DNA of 64,000 nt from the human T2T-CHM13v2.0 reference genome, Homo sapiens. Where the stretch lies: the NCBI RefSeq assembly GCF_009914755.1, contig NC_060934.1; one strand, given 5' to 3'. The stretch's first letter is position 1. The number at the start of each line of letters is the position of its first letter. The notes below the pieces were generated by a model. The model saw nothing but the letters and a program-made list of their open reading frames with translations, was not told where the DNA came from and made no database searches. Positions 57,658 through 64,000 of the stretch are shown here, in pieces. The translations under genes were made by a program, and so were the position numbers.

Positions 57658-60127
57658 TTTGAAGAAACCATGCCTTTTAATGGCTTAAAGTTGGAGCAGA
57701 AGGGTTTATCTGCTGATACAATTAAGATAGCTTCGGGAGAGGGCTGAGAAGGTGTGGCCTGGCGGACACACTGCCTCCAGGGACACCCCTGCCCCCGCCA
57801 GCTGTGCCTGCTCAGAGAGTGCCTGCTCCTCGGAGGGTCCCCCCTGCTTGGGAAGGTACCTGCTGCACAGGACCCCAGCTGGAGTCAAGGAGTCAGCAGA
57901 AGAGGGGGTTGGAGGAGCGGCTGGGGACAGGAGGTGGCTGTGCGGGCTGCCCCACCTCGCCTCTTGCCTGAGCCCCTCTGTGGCCACATAGACAGAAGGA
58001 GGGGTTGGAGGTGCAGCCAGCCAGCTGGGCCAGGTGAGCCGGTCCTGAAGGGCACCAAGCAGGGTTGCCCCGGGCTCCTGAGAGGATTTTTCACATGCAG
58101 CAGCTGGAGACAGTTTGGAGGGGCCCAGGGCGGTGCAGACCCTTCCACAGCTGCTCAGGTGGCCCGGAGGCGTGTGCACCCTTCCCTATGCAGCAGGGCT
58201 CCACAGGCCTGGGCACTCAGCCCAGATGGTGCATGTGGGGAACCGTGGGACCCCATGTGCCAGGAGTCTCTGGGCAGACAGCAGCGACAGGGCTGTGTGG
58301 GGACTTGGGCAGGCCTGAGCCTGGGGTCCGATGACCTAGTTGGGTCTGGGGCAGCCACAAGCCGAGGCGTTGAGGAAGAGAGAGTGAAGTCTGAGCTCCT
58401 TGTGTAGGAGACCTCCGTGTGGAGTAGCCCCAGAGGCAGGAGGCTGCCTCAGCCAGGATGGCCCCATGCACTTGCTAAGCTGCGCCGCCTGCTCACTCAA
58501 GGCTCTTGGGCTCGGAGCAGAACTATGAGCCTGCAAGGCCTGCTGGGCAGAGTGGCCACAGCACGTGGCCGCTGGTCACCAACCGGGGGCTTACCCCTCT
58601 CCCACCCGCTAGCGCTGCCTTTGCACCTCGGAGGGCAGGTCTCTGCTGGCACCATGAGTGACCTGCAAGCACTGCCATGGTGGACTCTGCTCGCGCCTTG
58701 GTGGCTTCTAGGCTTTTCCAGGGGCTCTGGCCTCCTGCAGAGCAGGGTCTGCCTCCCCCGCGGCTGGGTCTGTGGAGAGTGAAGTGGGGCACAGATGCCC
58801 TTTGCAAGTGCTGTGCACGGCAGCTCACAGCCCCCACCCCCAGCTCTGTAGTCTGTAAGAGGCAGGCTCTCGGCATGGCCCCCAGGCAGTGGCCCTGGTG
58901 CTCTTGGGGTGGGGGGCCCCAGTACCCAGCGGTGGCCCAGGAATGAGAGGCCCGCTGCTTCCTGGGAGAGGCCCTTCTGCTTTCCCTCCTCCTCCTCTGT
59001 GAGCTCCCCCTTCCACTCTCGTTCTCCTAAATAAGACTTTAGGGAGAATTTATGGAAAATTGATGGAGTTTACGGATGTTCTTTGATCCAGAGAAGGGGA
59101 AGGAAAGGCAAACGCGTTTATGATGAGGAAGCTCATCTGCCTTAGGGCTCCAGCCCTGCCCTGGGGCTCGCTGCCTCCTCACCTGCCTGGGGGCAAGACA
59201 GTCCTGATGAAGTGAGAGGGGGCGAGATTGGTTTTCTGAGGGCACCGGGCCCTTCATGCTCCCCTAAATCACGGGCTGTCTCCTCAGCGGGCAGGTAATG
59301 ACCTGCTCCCCGGCCCCAGCACCTGCAGTCCCGTGGGACGCGATGATGTGCGGCTGGGGCTGCAGTGAAGGTGAAACTGTCATATCGATCTTTTTAGCAC
59401 TAAAATATGAGCCACTTTACTCCGCTCCCCGCTGCTGTGATGTGAAAAATAATAACTCGGATCCAAATTAAAAATATTGATCTCTGGAAGGTGTTGAAAG
59501 TAAATAAACACCTTCCGAAGTTTTTGGGTCAGCCGAGAAATGGTATTCAGCAATAAATGTGTCAGAGTCCAGGGTTCTTGATCTGTTTTTTCTTTGAATT
59601 GATTTTTCATTATTTACTTCCTAAAAGTGTTGGAATTTGGTCCTCCACTGTGAAATCCCAGTGTTTGGGCACATTATTTCTTTGGGGCTTATGAGGTGCT
59701 CCTAATCCACTCCCTTATTGATGGATTGATGTTTGACTCCATAAGCCTGCTTTATTTAGGACCTTCCATCATAATTTTTTGTACATTTAGGCTTGACTCT
59801 TTTATTTCCTTCTAACAGATGAGCTGACATTGGGCTATCAAACGGGTGGGAAAACAATTGCCATGAGGTTAATTTCATGGTCGGCTCCGTGCGTTCTGAG
59901 CAGACGGGTGTTTCCTGGCTGCAGGCCGGGCCTTGGATGCAGCCTTGACGCGTGTCGATCTGTTTACACACAGGGCTGAGTCCGCCGGCCCCCCGGGGGT
60001 GCTCATGGGTGCCCGGGTGTCTGCAAGCTGCCCGCAGCTGGGTGGTCTCTGGGCACGGATGCTCTAGGCCCTCTGGGCTCCAAGGAGGCTGGGTTGTATG
60101 TCTCTTGAGAAGCTTTCCTTTCGAAAG

Positions 60128-60205
60128 GCCACCAAGACCACCGAGACTGCTGAGACCGCCAAAGCCACCAAGACCGCCGAGACTGCCAAGACCACCAAGG
60201 CCGCC
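60128..60205. repeat. 9 bp degenerate repeat (accaagacc/gccgagact)
   Basis: Direct reading. Confidence 0.8.
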
Positions 60206-62719
60206 GGCTGCTCCCGGTGGCTCCATGCACCCGGCAGGAGAGTGGAAGGCGTCGGGCCTGGGGCAGTTTGAAAAGATAGGTGCCGCCAGCATCTGCGCTT
60301 CCTCGTGGGTGCTCAACAGGCTGCCTGGGAAGCTCCTTCTGCCATCACCTGGAGTCAGCTGCCGTCCACAGTGGAAGCTGCCAGCCACCAAGGCTACCGA
60401 CCTGGGCCCTGGGGATGAGCAGCCCAGGAGGCGAAGATGCCTAGGTGGGTCCCCAGCTCTGCAGGTGCCACTCCCCACGCCAGTGTTCTCCAAACTTCCG
60501 GGGAGACCTGTCTGTGCTCCTGTAGGTGTCAGGCAGACTCAGAGGCACAGGGGTTCAGATTGAGGCCTGGGGCTGAGGAAGCAGGAAGTCCTGTCAGGAG
60601 CTGGAGCACTGAGAAAGGCACCTTGCTGAGAGCAGCCTTGGAAGGGTCCAGAACTGGAAAGATGGAGAGCTGCCATTGGCCCGTAGCTCTGGGGCTGGTC
60701 CTGGCCATCTAGCCATGGGACCATGGGCAGAGGGTTCCCTAGCTCTGGGTGAGGCGGGAGTGGTGGGCAGTGCTGGCCATGAGGTCCCTGTGGGGTGCAT
60801 CCACGGACGCGGGTCTGGAGGCGCTGCTGTCTAAGCTGAGGCTTTTGAAGGATGACCGTGCCCAGGTTATCCAGTGTTCCTTCTCAGCGAGCAGCTCCCA
60901 TGGCAGTCCATTCATTCAACATGCCCTGGTCCAGCTGCTGCACAGCCATGGGTATTCTGTGCTGAGCGCCGTGGCTGATGCACACCCACCGTCCCCTGCA
61001 GAGGAGACCTCTGCACGCAGGCCCACAGCAAGGGCCGGATCAGGAGAACAACCCACTTGGCAGGCGGCAACCTTGCCTGGCACTCACCAGGGCCTCCTCC
61101 CCAGCACTGTCCCGAGTCAGGTCTGCACGGCTTCATGGCTGCCTGCCCTGGGAGGTGGAGCATGGAGAAGGCCAGTGCCTCATCACAGAGCCAGATGCCC
61201 ACAACAGGATCCAGTGCTGTCAGCTGGGCTCCAGAAACCTGAGGACATGCAGCCTGCAGCTCCTGACACATGACATGTGACATACAACACATGACACGCG
61301 GCATACTCCCTGTGACATGGCACATGACACGTGACACAACACATTCTCATGCTCCGCCGACGCGTGACCCACGGCACGTTCCCGCGCTCCGCCGACGCGT
61401 GGCCCACGGCACGTTCTGACGTCTGCCAATGCGTGACACACGGCACATTATAATGATGTAAATATTGATTATTGATTTAAGTGAAAATATTGAGAGGGTG
61501 GGGGTGAGAGATGGAGTGTGTGTGTGATATTGAGTGACGGGGAAAGATAGTAGAAAGTAGTTAAATCCTCTTCTTCCAGCATGGAAAAATTGAAAAATCA
61601 ATGTTGAAAACTGGAAAATCAAGAAGTGGCAATATAAGCTTTAGAGGTATGGAGATAAATACCAAAAGAAAACAATCAAAAGAAAATAATTGCCTCTGGG
61701 AACTAGAAGACTGAAGTGGACAGGAGCTACTGTTTTCATAGTGTGCCTTGCAGAACTCGTGTGTGTGTGTGTTACTAGCTTTTAAAAAACAAAATTCCAG
61801 GAAACTTCTTAGGAGGAAGAGACTCCTTCTGTTGATGGTGACATCAAACAAGACCTGCAGGAGGAGGTAGCACTGACAAGAAGGTGGTGTGCCAGTTTGT
61901 GATCTGGTGCGGTGAGGCACCTGTGTCAGCAACAGGTGGGAGTGGCTCTGGTGTCTGAGCAGAGGCTCTGGTGTCTGAGCAGAGGCTGTCTGGATGCCAT
62001 TCACGGTGAGAGAAGAGCCTAGAATCTTGACTGTCCTTTGAGTATCAGGTAAAGAAATTTGAATGTGATTAGGTAGTCAGTGGGGACCATTACAGAGTTC
62101 AGGGAGAGAGGTGAGGCAGTCAGAACTGGGGGAAGATGGAGAAGGGACAAGTGTGTTGTTTCAAACGTAGAGTCCTCTGATATCTACCTTTTAAATTCTT
62201 ATTGAAGTAAATGCACAGAGAGGACCAGAAGTGGTGATCCATATTGGTGCACATTTATTTTTTTGACTCTGATTCCTTTAAGCCTAAAACTAGGGCAGTG
62301 TCCCATACTGAGCACTAAAGAGAAGTAGGGTCAAACCCAGGAGGGAGGAAAACCAGATCCCTGCACCTTGGCCAAGATGAGGATGCCGGATGGAGCATAG
62401 CCAGTCCTGGAATGAGGCCTGCATCTCTCCCTTGCACAATGCCCCCACCCACAATCCAGCCAGGTCTCTCTGTGTCCCCAGCTGCATGCTCCCACCTCTT
62501 CGTGATATGGTTTCAAAAACACAATCCAGCACCATGTGTAAATTGTTTGATGCTTGAGATCAACTTTACTGAATTGCCTACATTGAAAGTGATGAGGACA
62601 ATACCTCCTTCAGGAAGAAAAAGGCAAAATGAAGTGCTTTCATGAATAGTCAGAAGGGTCTTACTAACATAAAAATATTTTGATTATGTCTTCAGAATCT
62701 CTTTATGTAGTTAGTGGCT

Positions 62720-63970
62720 TGTAAGCTGTCAACTTGTAAATGATGCCGTTGGAAATTGAAATGTAAATAACATTACCATTTATAATAGCATCAAAAATAT
62801 GAAATATTTAGGAATAAATTAGGTCAAGATGTGTAAGACCTGTATACTGAGAACTATGATATATTGCTCAGAGAAATTAAATAAGATCTAAATAAATGGA
62901 GAGATATACTATGTTCATGGATCAGAAGACTCAATCTTGTTAAGATGTCATTTCTCCCCAAATTGATGTAAAGATTCAGTGCATTACTAATCAAAATCTG
63001 AGCAGACTTTTTTTTTTGGTAGAAATTAAGCTGGTTCTAAAATGTATATGTAAATGTAAAGGAATTAGAATGGGCCAAAATAACTTTGAACATGAATAAA
63101 GATGGAGTCCTTATACTACCTGATTAAGACTTCTTTGAATCTCAATAATTAAATCAGTATAGTATTGGCATAAAACCAGATAAACAGATCACAGAACATT
63201 ATGGAGAGTCTAGAAAGTGGCCCACTATTGATCTTTGTCAGAGGTATCAGTGGACTTCAGCAGTGAGTGAATGATCTTTTCCACAAAGGGTGCTGTAGCA
63301 ATTAGAGGGCCGTTTGCAAAAAACTCACTTCAATTGTTACTTGAAACCACATGAAAATTTAGCTTGAACTGGATCATAGACCTAGCGTAAGAGCTAGAAC
63401 CATGCAGCTTCCACAAGATCACACAGGACTTCTTTCTTTAAATATGACACCAAAAGCAGAAACCACTATAAGAGGAAACCAGTCAGTTGGACCTATGAAG
63501 ACGACCGTGGCAAGCGCTGGGGAGGCGGTGGTAGCACTGCAGCCGTCGTGTTAGTGCTGGAAATGTAAAACATGCGAAAACATGGAGGTCTTAAAAAAAA
63601 CGTTGAAAATACACACACCGTATCACCCAGCCGTTTCCCTCTTCAGTATTTACTTAAGAGAAATGAAAGCACATTCCACACTAAGACTGAATGTTCATAG
63701 CAGCTTTATTCAGAATAGCCAAAACCTGTCAACAGCCCAGATAGCCACAGCAGGTGAGTGGGAACAGGAGGGGACAGTCTGTGTACACCGTGGTGTGTCA
63801 GCTGTCGCAGTAATTATGGTGGGCAAAAGAATCCAGACCAAACCAAAAATGCATTCTGTATGATTTCATGTATATCATATTCTTAAAAATGCAAACAAGT
63901 CTGTAATGACAGAACACAGATAGTGGTTTCCCGGGGAAGGGGTTGTGGTGGGGGCTGGAGGGATTCCAGT
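62720..63970 (+). mobile_element. Old L1M ORF2/3' fragment
   Basis: ccatttataatagcatcaaaa...gatctaaataaatggagagatatactatgttcatgg...gaatgttcatagcagctttatt. Confidence 0.85.
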
Positions 63971-64000
63971 GAGCACTAAGGAGAAGCCAGGTCAAGCCCA

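Noticed and set aside
59756-60563. Overlapping Gly-rich and Pro-rich ORFs of 203-245 aa
   Set aside because: GC-rich sequence plus a 9 bp repeat; no recognisable domain or exon structure.
51856-64000. Next INPP5A exon (expected to begin ALGSFYFLHES)
   Set aside because: I did not find matching sequence; it probably lies beyond the window.

Overview
Primate (most likely human) genomic DNA, GC-rich and dense in VNTRs. It lies within the + strand INPP5A gene (type I inositol 1,4,5-trisphosphate 5-phosphatase; from recall, distal 10q26.3). Three short coding exons (8916-8957, 47218-47318, 51768-51855) have canonical AG/GT boundaries and splice in frame to PENLQKNWLREFYQ-VVHTHKPHFMALHCQEFGGKNYEASMSHVDKFVK-ELLSSDAMKEYNRARVYLDENYKSQEHFT. 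The rest is intronic: MaLR/ERV LTR elements (THE1C, MST, MER4A, MLT1A), old L1 fragments, about ten Alus or Alu fragments, hAT MITEs and more than 15 minisatellites. I could not relate the other ORFs in the supplied track to genes; those I could interpret come from repeats or GC-rich low-complexity sequence. I found no new protein-coding system. The most unusual observations are: (1) a 20 x 58 bp minisatellite derived from L1 in which all five substitutions relative to the ancestral-type unit create a CpG; (2) a 137 bp non-Alu inverted duplication able to form an RNA stem; (3) several atypical Alus (mosaic, tail-less, head-only); (4) AT-rich islands dense in homeodomain motifs that may be enhancers. 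Repeat subfamily names are from memory of consensus sequences, not from a database search.
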